From: Obrimoposthia wandeli
Lineage: Eukaryota
NCBI GenBank assembly: GCA_977020255.1
Contig: CDROCS010001089.1
Coordinates: 682,001-746,000 of the forward strand
DNA: 64,000 bases
Direction: 5' to 3'
This document shows positions 40,146-49,572 of the stretch, piece by piece. Both the position numbers and the translations under genes were made by a program. The notes under the pieces are model-generated. The model saw nothing but the letters and a program-made list of their open reading frames with translations. It had not been told where the DNA came from and searched no databases. Position 1 is the first letter of the stretch, and each line of letters starts with the position of its first letter.

Positions 40146-40937
40146 ATGAATAAACAACAGGCAGAGCATGCTATTGATTTAGTACTAGAAGAATCTTTAG
40201 TGCTAAGTGAAGGTGAGCAGTTAATTACGGCTCGTTCATTTACTCATTTAGATTGGAAGAATGAGTACCAGCAAGACTTGACGTTTAAAAACTGTACCAT
40301 CATTGATTCTGACTTTAGTGGTGCAAATTTGGATGGTTTGCGTTTAATTAATTGTCGCATTCTAAATTGTGATTTTTCGCAATCAAGCATCAAAAACGCT
40401 AATTTTGAAGGCTGCACGTTTTATGAGAAAGAGCAGCAAAAAGGTTGTGACTTTCAAAAAGCAGACTTAAGACACTGCGTATTTCAAGATTGTAATATCT
40501 CATTGAGTAACTTTTATCGATCTGAATTGTTCGATATCGTTATAAATGAATGCCAAGCACAGGGCTGTAATTTTGAATTTGCTGACTTTGTTAACGTGGT
40601 GAGTAAAAAAGTATTATTCAGTTCAGCAAGGTTAACAAAGTCGAATTTTAAGTATGCTAACTTCGAAGGGGTTTATCTTGAAAAATGTGATCTGAGTGAG
40701 AGTATGCTAATTGCAGTTATTTTATCTCGAGTTAACCTTGAAGGTGCTAACCTTACGAGTACTGTATTCTCGCCTAGTCAATATGATGGGTTATCAATAT
40801 TTAAAGCAGATTTAAGAAATGCTGAGATAGAGGGTATCGATACTAGGTTAGTTGATTTCTCTGGGGTAAAAATATTTGAGTGGCAAATGGTTTCTTTAAT
40901 GGAGAGCATTGGGTTTATTGTTTACCCTGATCAATGA
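40146..40937 (+). CDS. Qnr-like pentapeptide repeat protein
   Basis: Pentapeptide repeats, loop FVNVVSKKVLFSSA, C-terminus GVKIFEWQMVSLMESIGFIVYPD resembling Qnr termini. Confidence 0.82.
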   Translation: MNKQQAEHAIDLVLEESLVLSEGEQLITARSFTHLDWKNEYQQDLTFKNCTIIDSDFSGANLDGLRLINCRILNCDFSQSSIKNANFEGCTFYEKEQQKGCDFQKADLRHCVFQDCNISLSNFYRSELFDIVINECQAQGCNFEFADFVNVVSKKVLFSSARLTKSNFKYANFEGVYLEKCDLSESMLIAVILSRVNLEGANLTSTVFSPSQYDGLSIFKADLRNAEIEGIDTRLVDFSGVKIFEWQMVSLMESIGFIVYPDQ

Positions 40938-41099
40938 TAATTAAATGTATTGCTTACTCTACGTGACCATTTGAGTCGGTTAAGTGGTCTACTTATTTAA
41001 CACAGAGCATTTTAACTCTAAATTCTGCTTCTTGCTCTGTGTAGCCCAGCGACTCTGAACCCTCTGCGGCATTTATAAACCTATAAATGCCGAGCTGGA

Positions 41100-42464
41100 T
41101 TAAACCTCTTTACCTGCCAACCACTGCTTATAAGTTAAATTCGCTTTAACTCCTAGTGATAAAAAAGGCTGTGGCGGCAACTTTTTAGGCTGCTCGAAAC
41201 TTAGATATTCAGCGACTTCTTTAGTGTGCCCTAGTACCGCTAATTCGGCGGCAAGCTTGCCCGATAACGTGCCTTTAACTGTGCCTAGTCCATTTTGGCA
41301 AGCTGCTGCATATATGCCGGTTGCTAATTCGCCAAAGGCAGGCACTGAGTTCAGCGATAAGCAAAGCCGGCCTCCCCAACGATATTGCATTGAAACATCT
41401 GGAAGCATTGGGAAGCGCGCAGCGAAGGATTTATCGTGCTTATTTATAATGGCTGCTATATCTTGCTGGCCAATTTGCAGGCTTGGATTAAAGGTGAAGT
41501 GGTTACGCACCGTAATTCGATCGCCAGAACCTTGATAGTCAGAGATTTTGCGTACCGTTGTACCCATCGGGTCTGCGGGTAATACGCCCCAATCTGCGTT
41601 GCCTCCTAAGCTTTGCAGTTGCTCTTTGTTGAGCGCTTCACTCATCGATGCATAAGTGCATACATGCAATAGACGCCGCTTTAGAAAACCAAAAGATTCA
41701 AGGTGCCCATTAACCGCCAATATGATCTTGTGTGCCTTAATTTTATGATTGGCGGTGTTTACGATGTGAGGTTTACCTTGCTCAATACCGAGCACTGGGG
41801 TTTGTTGATAGATTTCGACTCTATCGCGCAAGCCTTTGGCTGCATGTTGGATAAAGGCGGCAGGTTGTATGGTGACAGCGCCGGGTGTGAACAAACCTTG
41901 TTGATAGTAGTTAGTGCCGCTGTATAGCTGCATTTGTGCAGCATCGTATAGCTTGTAGTTTTCACTCAAGTGATCTAAGTGACGGCGGTAGCTCTCAAGT
42001 TGTTTTATGCCACGCTCACTGGCCGCTGCCGTTACTTTGCCGCTGCGCTTAAATACTTGTTCTGGCATGGCGTATTGGGTAGCTATCGCGGAGGCGAACT
42101 CAATGGCACTGCGGTTGAGGCGAATTTGCTTTAAATCAGCATCGCTGACACCTGCGTAGCTATGGGAGTTTAAATCGTGGGGTAAATCTATCATGTAGCC
42201 GCTGTTACGCCCGGCTGGACCCTCGGCTAATTTGCAGGCATCTAGTAATACGATTCGTTCGTGACCGGGGATTAGCTGGCTCAATCGTTGTGCGGCTGCG
42301 ATGCCTGCAAACCCAGCGCCTATGATAAGCCATTGGGTTTCGATATCAGCATTGAGCTCGGGGAAATCAGTTCGATTATCCCCAAGAATAGCTTGCCAGC
42401 CAGCAACACCTGTTTCTACTGGAGTGCGCGTCACTTTTATGCTCTTTTTTATTTCTTTAGGCAT
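41100..42464 (-). CDS. FAD-dependent oxidoreductase (DAO/PuuB-like)
   Basis: IIGAGFAG, GPAGRNSG, WGG, CQNGLG. Confidence 0.9.
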   Translation of the reverse strand: MPKEIKKSIKVTRTPVETGVAGWQAILGDNRTDFPELNADIETQWLIIGAGFAGIAAAQRLSQLIPGHERIVLLDACKLAEGPAGRNSGYMIDLPHDLNSHSYAGVSDADLKQIRLNRSAIEFASAIATQYAMPEQVFKRSGKVTAAASERGIKQLESYRRHLDHLSENYKLYDAAQMQLYSGTNYYQQGLFTPGAVTIQPAAFIQHAAKGLRDRVEIYQQTPVLGIEQGKPHIVNTANHKIKAHKIILAVNGHLESFGFLKRRLLHVCTYASMSEALNKEQLQSLGGNADWGVLPADPMGTTVRKISDYQGSGDRITVRNHFTFNPSLQIGQQDIAAIINKHDKSFAARFPMLPDVSMQYRWGGRLCLSLNSVPAFGELATGIYAAACQNGLGTVKGTLSGKLAAELAVLGHTKEVAEYLSFEQPKKLPPQPFLSLGVKANLTYKQWLAGKEV

Positions 42465-42468
42465 GGTG

Positions 42469-43374
42469 TTAGCTTTGTGCGGTGATGTTGGCGATAGTGG
42501 TTTTTAGTGTGCTTACAACCGTTGCCATTGCTTGTTCTTCATCGTGACTTAAGCCGCGCAGTGGCAAGCGTACTTCACCTGAGGTGCGTCCCGATAAGGT
42601 AACACCGTGTTTCACGCTCTGAATAAATTTTCCGCCTTGCTCTAGCACCGACATTAACGGCATCATGGCCGCCATTATGCGGCGGGCTTTGTTAAAATCG
42701 TTTTCAATCACACAAGCATGATAGAGCGCTAAGTGTTCTGCAGGTAAGAAGTTAGAACCTGCACAAACCCAGCTTTGAGCGCCCCACGCGAAAAATTCAA
42801 GTGCTTGGTCATCCATGCCGCAAGCCGTTTGTATCTGTGGGTAATCATTGGCAAGCATGTGTAATCTGTTGATATCGCCAGAGCTTTCTTTAATTGCTTG
42901 GAAATTGCTAGAGCTTGATATTTGATCTAAAAAGGCTGCCTCCATATTAACGCCCATACGATCTGGGTAGTTGTAGAGCATAATCGGTAAATCTGCGGCG
43001 CTATCAATACTCAGTGCATGTAGTGCCAGTTCTTGTTGAGTGGGTAGTACATAAGGAGGTGTGGCAACCAGTAAAGCATCGGCGCCATGTTTGGCGCCGT
43101 CTTCTGCTAGTTTAATTGCAGCAACCGGGTTGATAGAGCCAGTACCGAAGATCACGATGCAGTTATCAGCGGCTATTTGCTTGGCTATTTTAAGTAGCTC
43201 AATCCGCTCTTGATGGCTTTCTACGTAGTATTCGCCGGTTGTTCCACCGATCATTAAACCTTGCACTCCTGCATCAACTAAGTATTGAATTTGCACACTA
43301 AATGCTGCGTAATCGATACTTTGATCATTCGAAAACGGCGTAATTACCGGAGTATGAATACCTGAAAAGTCCAT
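42469..43374 (-). CDS. Dihydrodipicolinate synthase-family lyase
   Basis: TPVITPF, GTTGEY, LYNYP, AIKESSG; start moved to ATG 43374 after GAGG. Confidence 0.92.
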   Translation of the reverse strand: MDFSGIHTPVITPFSNDQSIDYAAFSVQIQYLVDAGVQGLMIGGTTGEYYVESHQERIELLKIAKQIAADNCIVIFGTGSINPVAAIKLAEDGAKHGADALLVATPPYVLPTQQELALHALSIDSAADLPIMLYNYPDRMGVNMEAAFLDQISSSSNFQAIKESSGDINRLHMLANDYPQIQTACGMDDQALEFFAWGAQSWVCAGSNFLPAEHLALYHACVIENDFNKARRIMAAMMPLMSVLEQGGKFIQSVKHGVTLSGRTSGEVRLPLRGLSHDEEQAMATVVSTLKTTIANITAQS

Positions 43375-43524
43375 GCTGTACCTCGTTAATATCAAATGTG
43401 CAACGAAGTGAAATTGCCTCGCGCCAATGGGACGATATTACGGGGTGATGGCTGGAGTACACAATCAACCTTTTTGTACTATTTATGATAACGCTAGATT
43501 ATGAATGATAGATTGAGCTTTATC

Positions 43525-44520
43525 CTATGCGCTGTACGCAGCGGTTAATTCGTTGTTAGCTTGAGCGATGATCCAGAGCTTAAAGCTGTGTAGGGCAGAT
43601 TTATGAAGGGCACCGTTATGTTCTGCATTTGCGGCGTAGTTAAGGTAGTGAGATTTATCTTTTAAACGAGTTTCGAAATCGCCGATGCGTACTAGCTTAC
43701 CTTCATCAAGTAGAGGAGCGATCAAGTGTTGCCAACCTAGGCAAACGCCTTGATGTTTGAGCGCCATTTTAACCAGCATATTATAGTCGTTTGAATTTGC
43801 CATTTGGCAATTTTCAGCTTCTACTGCGGTTAAATCATTCCCCTGTAGTGCAAACCAAACACCCCAATCTACGTGCTCTGCAACTTGCGAACGCCCATAA
43901 GGGCTTAAGTTTAAAAGGGCTGCTCGCTTTAGTGCTGGCATGTTTGTTAGTTGTGGGTTTTGTGCTAAATACTGAGGTGAGCACACCGGATAGATCAAAT
44001 CGTAAAAAAGTGCTTGGCTATGGTAGCCCTCGCGCGGGTCACTATTTTTGTTGATGTAAACGTCAGGTTTAACGCTGGATTCGATTTGTAGAAAGCTGCT
44101 AGTGGTCACTAAATTGACATCGACATTGGGGTGAGCAGTAATAAACTCAGGGAGGCGATCAGTGAGCCAAAAGGTAGCGAAAGCAGGCGTGCAGCAAATA
44201 GATAGCTGTTGGCGAGTCGCATTATGATTTTGAACGCGCTGGGCTGCTTGTGCAATATTTACAAACGATAAATAGCAAGCATCAAACAGTATGCTGCCTG
44301 CAGGCGTTAGTTCAACTGCGCGTCCAGTGCGGTAAAATAGTTTCACTTGTAGCGCGCTTTCCAACTCTCGTATTTGACGACTAATAGCGGCCTGAGTGAC
44401 ACATAGCGCTTGTGCCGCGCGGGTAAAATTTTGATACTTTGCCGCTGCCACAAAAGATTTGATCGCTCTCAGTGAAGGCATTTTAACGAGCAGCTGATCA
44501 GGATCTATAGGTTTAGACAT
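43525..44520 (-). CDS. LysR-family regulator (GcvA-like)
   Basis: MPSLRAIKSF...NFTRAAQALCVTQAAISRQI. Confidence 0.93.
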   Translation of the reverse strand: MSKPIDPDQLLVKMPSLRAIKSFVAAAKYQNFTRAAQALCVTQAAISRQIRELESALQVKLFYRTGRAVELTPAGSILFDACYLSFVNIAQAAQRVQNHNATRQQLSICCTPAFATFWLTDRLPEFITAHPNVDVNLVTTSSFLQIESSVKPDVYINKNSDPREGYHSQALFYDLIYPVCSPQYLAQNPQLTNMPALKRAALLNLSPYGRSQVAEHVDWGVWFALQGNDLTAVEAENCQMANSNDYNMLVKMALKHQGVCLGWQHLIAPLLDEGKLVRIGDFETRLKDKSHYLNYAANAEHNGALHKSALHSFKLWIIAQANNELTAAYSA

Positions 44521-44650
44521 AACTTAAAGTAATCTTAAAGAATAAACCGATACTTTACCTAAGCGAAGGCGTAAAAGGAAGTTGAGTGGTTAATGAGCTA
44601 GTAATTTGCCGCCCATAACAACCAATTATACGAATAGTGGTTATCGGCTG

Positions 44651-45199
44651 CTATTGTTTTAGTGCTTCGCTCAACTCTTGATAGATCCCACTGTATTGTT
44701 GAGAATCAAACTCATGGAACATGGCATCTGTTTTCAGCCAGGTTCTTTTCGCGATTTTTTGCCAATCATCAGCGGTTGCTGCTTGCTCTATTAAGGGGAA
44801 AAGTTGCCCCTCTTCGAAATTGATGTGTTGTTTTTCAATGCTCAAGAAATCTTCAAAGGCTGTTAATATTTGCTCTAAAGGCAGCATGTCGTCTAGCAAG
44901 GTTGCACTGATCGGATTTAGTATCTGCTCGGTTTTTTGTTTTAGTATGCGATGTTCTCGCTCGCATTGGTTGATTAAACTAGTGAGCTTTTCATCTTTAT
45001 TGATGAAGTAACTGTAGAGGATATCTTCTAGGGGGTGATGATAGAGATCGGCGTAATGGCCCAAATATTCGATAGCTTCAGCCATTAGTTTGAGATCGGG
45101 GGTCATGCCCTCGCGAATTTGCGCTAAGTTCTGCTCAAGCACTGTGAGTAATTTGCTCATGTTTATATGGTCTTGATGCAAAGTCTTTAATATAGTCAT
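44651..45199 (-). CDS. Hemerythrin-domain protein
   Basis: LHQDH, HHPLED, EH, HINFEE metal-ligand spacing. Confidence 0.85.
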   Translation of the reverse strand: MTILKTLHQDHINMSKLLTVLEQNLAQIREGMTPDLKLMAEAIEYLGHYADLYHHPLEDILYSYFINKDEKLTSLINQCEREHRILKQKTEQILNPISATLLDDMLPLEQILTAFEDFLSIEKQHINFEEGQLFPLIEQAATADDWQKIAKRTWLKTDAMFHEFDSQQYSGIYQELSEALKQ

Positions 45200-45574
45200 A
45201 GAGTATTCTTCCATATTATAGGGCGAATAGCGCAAGTAAACGGCGCAAGCAATCAACTTAAGACTAACCCAACTGCGCCGGCCGTTTTATGATTTGCATC
45301 AAGATAAGTGATGTTTAGCGAGACTTCAGCAATAGAATGAGACCTTTGCATAACGTACCGATTGATAATTCGACAAGGTGAAACCTGCGAAATAGCGGAG
45401 TCAATGTATCCCTGCTTATGGGCATTACTAGTGTAATTGGGCATATTAAGCAGGTGTTTAACGCCGCATTATTGAGTGCAGTCGTTATGCAGGGGACTGA
45501 GCATAATAATTTAGAGAAAACAGTATAGCTGCAGTAAAAGGCTGCTAACTGGGTAAATATTCTTTACTCCAGCT

Positions 45575-45725
45575 CATTAGTGTCCGGTTAAATTTTTGTT
45601 GTTCTGTAACTCATTGATTTCATGTTAACCACAAGTATTATTTGGCTAAAAAATCCAATTATCTATGCTAGAAAACAACAAATCAATGGGTTAGAGAGCT
45701 TACACTTTTTAACCGGACAGCAATG
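45575..45725. mobile_element. 151-bp MITE with IS4-type ends and 9-bp target duplication
   Basis: CATTAGTGTCCGGTT...AACCGGACAGCAATG flanked by ACTCCAGCT at 45566-45574 and 45726-45734. Confidence 0.9.
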
Positions 45726-45760
45726 ACTCCAGCTAGTTGCTACAATTTTTTGCGTGATCA

Positions 45761-45933
45761 TTAAATAAATTCAGCATCCGCGAGATTATCCTGCTGTGAT
45801 CTGTCGATAGGATCGATGTGCACCACGCTAGCGCTTAGTCAGCGGGTGTTATTGCCACAGCAGGCTGCGCAATCTGTTGGCCAAAATCAATTACGCGTAC
45901 CCCTGATAAGGGTAATCTGCTTGGGTTTATCAT
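45761..45933 (-). pseudogene. Family III CoA-transferase (CaiB/BaiF) N-terminal remnant
   Basis: MINPSRLPLSGVRVIDFGQQIAQPAVAITPAD*, then frameshifted ASVVHIDP; not in the ORF track. Confidence 0.72.
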
Positions 45934-46650
45934 AAAAAACTTCCACTATTTAGGTTATGCCATTGTTTGTGCGGTGTTATTTACACTGCGTTATCGGGCA
46001 AAGATGGTGCTGAAGATTCGGCAGTCATAATTTTGCAGTACGTGGATCACCAGCAATTTAAAATAGCCATAAGGGGCTGTTTTGTTTATGGGTTATTTGT
46101 TCTTAAACAGTGGATATAGCGAGACATTAAAGTTTAGTGTAGAAATGTTTTCGGTATAATTATGGTTGCTTTAAAATGGAATCTGGCAGGAATAGTTTGA
46201 ATGATTTCTGATGGTGCTTAAACAGAAATTGAAAATTTATATTATTGTTTTAAAATGGAATAAAATTAATATTGTAAGCATGTCTACCATTAATCGATAG
46301 CACATATTCATATTGGAGGTAATCTCGAAGCGATAACCTTTTATTTACTCATTATTGCTATCTAAACGAAGATGTCTTTATAATTACTGACTCATAAATA
46401 AATTAGGGTCTTAGAGTTTGTTTTAATTGCTTCTCATATGCTTATCTATTGATAACAATAGCCGCCGGTGACAAGGGAGAACAAACGCTACCTGCTGTTG
46501 TATCTTACGATAAACCTAATCAAAAGACGGGCTCGACACAGTAAGCGGTGTAGATTGCAAATATATAAAATATTATGTAGATCATCAGCTAATAAGTTAA
46601 CAATTGAATATTTTCAGTTTACAAGACACAGGTTTTAAGTGGAGAAAGAA

Positions 46651-47565
46651 ATGAAAAAGAGACTGCCGCCACTTAATTGGTTACGCGCCTTTGAGGTTTC
46701 AGCGCTGCATTTGAGCTTTACGCAAGCTGCAAGTGAGCTTAATTTAACTCAAGCGGCGATTAGCCAACAAATCAAAGGGCTAGAGTCACAATTGGGCGTT
46801 GCGCTGTTTAAGCGTTTGCCTCGTGGGCTGGAATTAACAGAAGCGGGTAAGGCTTATATTCCCGTGGTACATGAATCAATAGAGCGTTTGGTGGTGGCTA
46901 CCGATGAGTTGTTTGGTCAAAACAAAAATCGAGCTTTAAATATTCGTGTGAACCTGGTGTTTTTTACGCATTGGCTGGCGCCCAGGTTAGGTGACTTTCG
47001 CTTGCAATACCCTGATATTACTTTGCACTTTAGCAGTAATATTTGGCTTGATGAACACAAAAAAGATGCCGATATGGATATTCGCTATGGGCAAGGTAAT
47101 TGGCGTGGTTTTAAATCTCACCGTTTAAGTTACGATCAGCTTATTCCTGTGTGTAGCCCTGATTATTTTAGCCAATCATTAACTACTTTACAGCCTAGTG
47201 ATTTAGCGCACAGCACCTTGTTACATGTGATTGGCTATAAAGAGGGTTGGGGGCACTGGCTAACTAAAACAGGGCACAGCGATTTAAAAGCGCTGCACAA
47301 CATCCAGCTAGATACATTAGTTTCGGCATTTGAGCTAGCAGCACACGGGCAGGGAGTAGCGCTAGGTAGAACTGCGCTAGTTGAAGCTCAATTAAAAAGC
47401 GGGCGATTAATTGCGCCTTTTGCACAGCAAGTGACGACTAGTGAAGCATTTTATTTGGCTAGTCCAGACAACCAATACAGTCATCCTAATGCTGATATTT
47501 TTCGCACTTGGCTGCTCAGTAAAGTGGCTAATAGCCCTGCTGTAGAAGATGATGCAATGCTATAG
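46651..47565 (+). CDS. LysR-family regulator (GcvA-like)
   Basis: RLPPLNWLRAFE, SFTQAASELNLTQAAISQQIK. Confidence 0.93.
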   Translation: MKKRLPPLNWLRAFEVSALHLSFTQAASELNLTQAAISQQIKGLESQLGVALFKRLPRGLELTEAGKAYIPVVHESIERLVVATDELFGQNKNRALNIRVNLVFFTHWLAPRLGDFRLQYPDITLHFSSNIWLDEHKKDADMDIRYGQGNWRGFKSHRLSYDQLIPVCSPDYFSQSLTTLQPSDLAHSTLLHVIGYKEGWGHWLTKTGHSDLKALHNIQLDTLVSAFELAAHGQGVALGRTALVEAQLKSGRLIAPFAQQVTTSEAFYLASPDNQYSHPNADIFRTWLLSKVANSPAVEDDAML

Positions 47566-47642
47566 AGGTCTTAACATTTTAGGGTTGAATTAAAGCGGTC
47601 GAGAATTACTTTTAACGCAGTTTTCCCGACCGCTAAAGATAC

Positions 47643-49376
47643 CTATTTTACAGAGCTAAGCTCTGGATGGGTATTATCCACATGATGCTGATCTTCTACA
47701 TGCTTTAAGCCTTTATTGGCGACAAACGCAATCACAAGTAGTGACGCCATCGCGTACATCGTTGTGTTGTAAAGGCTAGAGGTTGGATCGATAGTGCCCA
47801 TAGGTGCTATCTCCATTAACTTGGCAATGGTCACCGTTTTAGCTGCCACGAGCGTTTGCAGCTGTTCAATACCCGAGCCAAACGTTTGTAAGAACACCGC
47901 TGGATCTATTTTTTGTGATAAATCAGCAATGGCACTGTCTACAGAGCGCTGGCGAAGATAGGTGATGGCGAATGGCCCTAATACACCTGCGGTACTCCAA
48001 GCAGTTAATAGGCGACCGTGAATTCCTCCTACATGTAAGGTTCCAAACATATCAGCTAGGTAAGCGGGAATGGTGGCAAATCCACCACCGTACATGGTGA
48101 AAATAATCATAGTGGCGCCGTAAAATAGCACTAACCACATTACTGAAGGTTCGATGCTCACTTGGGTGGCAACAAAAGGAATGGATACGTACAGCAACAT
48201 GCCTATTAAGAAGAAACAATGGTAGGTGTTTTTCCTGCCGATGCTGTCGGATGTTGTCGCCCAAAAGAAGCGGCCAACCATGTTAAAGACACTGATCATC
48301 AAGACATACGTTGCAGCGAAGCTAGCATCCACGATATGCGGTAGCGTCGATCCGAAAATTTCGGACATCATGGTTTTCGCGACCCCAATAACACCGATCC
48401 CTGCCGTTACATTTAAGCAAAGCATAATCCACAAGCGCCAAAACTGTGATGTTTTTAAAGCTTGGTCAATATGGACATCTTTCGATGTAATCATTTTCTT
48501 TAATGATTCATTGACGCTAGGTGCAACCCATCCACTAGGCTGCCAGTTTTTAGGCGGCACTCTATAAGAAAAAGAAGCGATGATCATGATGATGAAATAG
48601 ACAATACCTAAAGTAATAAAGACACTAGCAGCACCGGTATCACCAGTACCTGCAACATACACGCCTTCAGGCCCTGGCACAGGTACTTTCGCCATATCTG
48701 CAATGCTGGCAACCACTACTTCAACTTTGTTACCGGCAACTTCTGCGAAGCGACGACCACCTTCGGTAATTAATTGCACATCAGCGACTTTACCTAAGTA
48801 TTCTGGTGCTTGATAAAATACAGACAGTAACCAAGTTTTCAGTGGTGCACCTATCATTGCGCCGCCACCAAAGCCCATAATCGCCATGCCAGTTGCCATA
48901 CCTCTTCGGTCAGGGAACCAGCGTAACAATGTGCTCACGGGTGATACATAGGCAAGGCCTAACCCACAACCACCGATAACACCATAGCCTAAATAAACTA
49001 GCCACAGCTGGTGGTAAGCGATGCCCAAACTACCAATTAGAAAACCACCACCCCAACAAAAAGCGGCGAGCACGCCCACCATGCGTGGACCAACTTCTTC
49101 AAGCCATTTGCCGCCAAGGGCAGCGGCGAGGCCAAGAAAGACGATTGCTGTGGAAAAGATCCATACCACTGAGCTTAAACTCCAGTCATCAGCTGCACTG
49201 GCGACCACACCTATTTGTTTGATGAGTGCGGGGTTAAAAATACTCCATGCATAGACTGAACCTATGCATAAATGTATGGCAATAGAAGCGGGTGGCACTA
49301 GCCAGCGATTGAAATCACTGTCTGCGACAATGCGCTCTTTTTTTAGGAAGTCGAAGGCTCCTACAGGTTTACTCAT
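47643..49376 (-). CDS. OFA-family MFS transporter
   Basis: IGSVYAWS, GLGLAYVSPV, WFPDRRGMATG, YGGGFATIP, IHGRLLTAWS; ATG 49376 after GGAG. Confidence 0.9.
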   Translation of the reverse strand: MSKPVGAFDFLKKERIVADSDFNRWLVPPASIAIHLCIGSVYAWSIFNPALIKQIGVVASAADDWSLSSVVWIFSTAIVFLGLAAALGGKWLEEVGPRMVGVLAAFCWGGGFLIGSLGIAYHQLWLVYLGYGVIGGCGLGLAYVSPVSTLLRWFPDRRGMATGMAIMGFGGGAMIGAPLKTWLLSVFYQAPEYLGKVADVQLITEGGRRFAEVAGNKVEVVVASIADMAKVPVPGPEGVYVAGTGDTGAASVFITLGIVYFIIMIIASFSYRVPPKNWQPSGWVAPSVNESLKKMITSKDVHIDQALKTSQFWRLWIMLCLNVTAGIGVIGVAKTMMSEIFGSTLPHIVDASFAATYVLMISVFNMVGRFFWATTSDSIGRKNTYHCFFLIGMLLYVSIPFVATQVSIEPSVMWLVLFYGATMIIFTMYGGGFATIPAYLADMFGTLHVGGIHGRLLTAWSTAGVLGPFAITYLRQRSVDSAIADLSQKIDPAVFLQTFGSGIEQLQTLVAAKTVTIAKLMEIAPMGTIDPTSSLYNTTMYAMASLLVIAFVANKGLKHVEDQHHVDNTHPELSSVK

Positions 49377-49440
49377 TACAATTCTCCAAACGTTCATTAT
49401 TATCATTATTTGGGACGTGGCCCTATTCATGGCTGAGAAT

Positions 49441-49456
49441 TGCAATTAGTGTGCCG
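49441..49456 (-). promoter_or_regulatory. Sigma54 (-24/-12) promoter of the OFA transporter
   Basis: Minus strand CGGCAC-ACTAA-TTGCA, correct GG-N10-GC spacing, directly downstream of a sigma54 activator gene pair. Confidence 0.75.
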
Positions 49457-49572
49457 TATAAGAAAAGAATATTAATATCAAATCCTTAAGGTAAATTTAT
49501 GATGGGCACAGGTTAAAAGATGGGCTTTATTTACTCGAAAATTATAGCGTTAGAGACATTATTACCCGCAAG

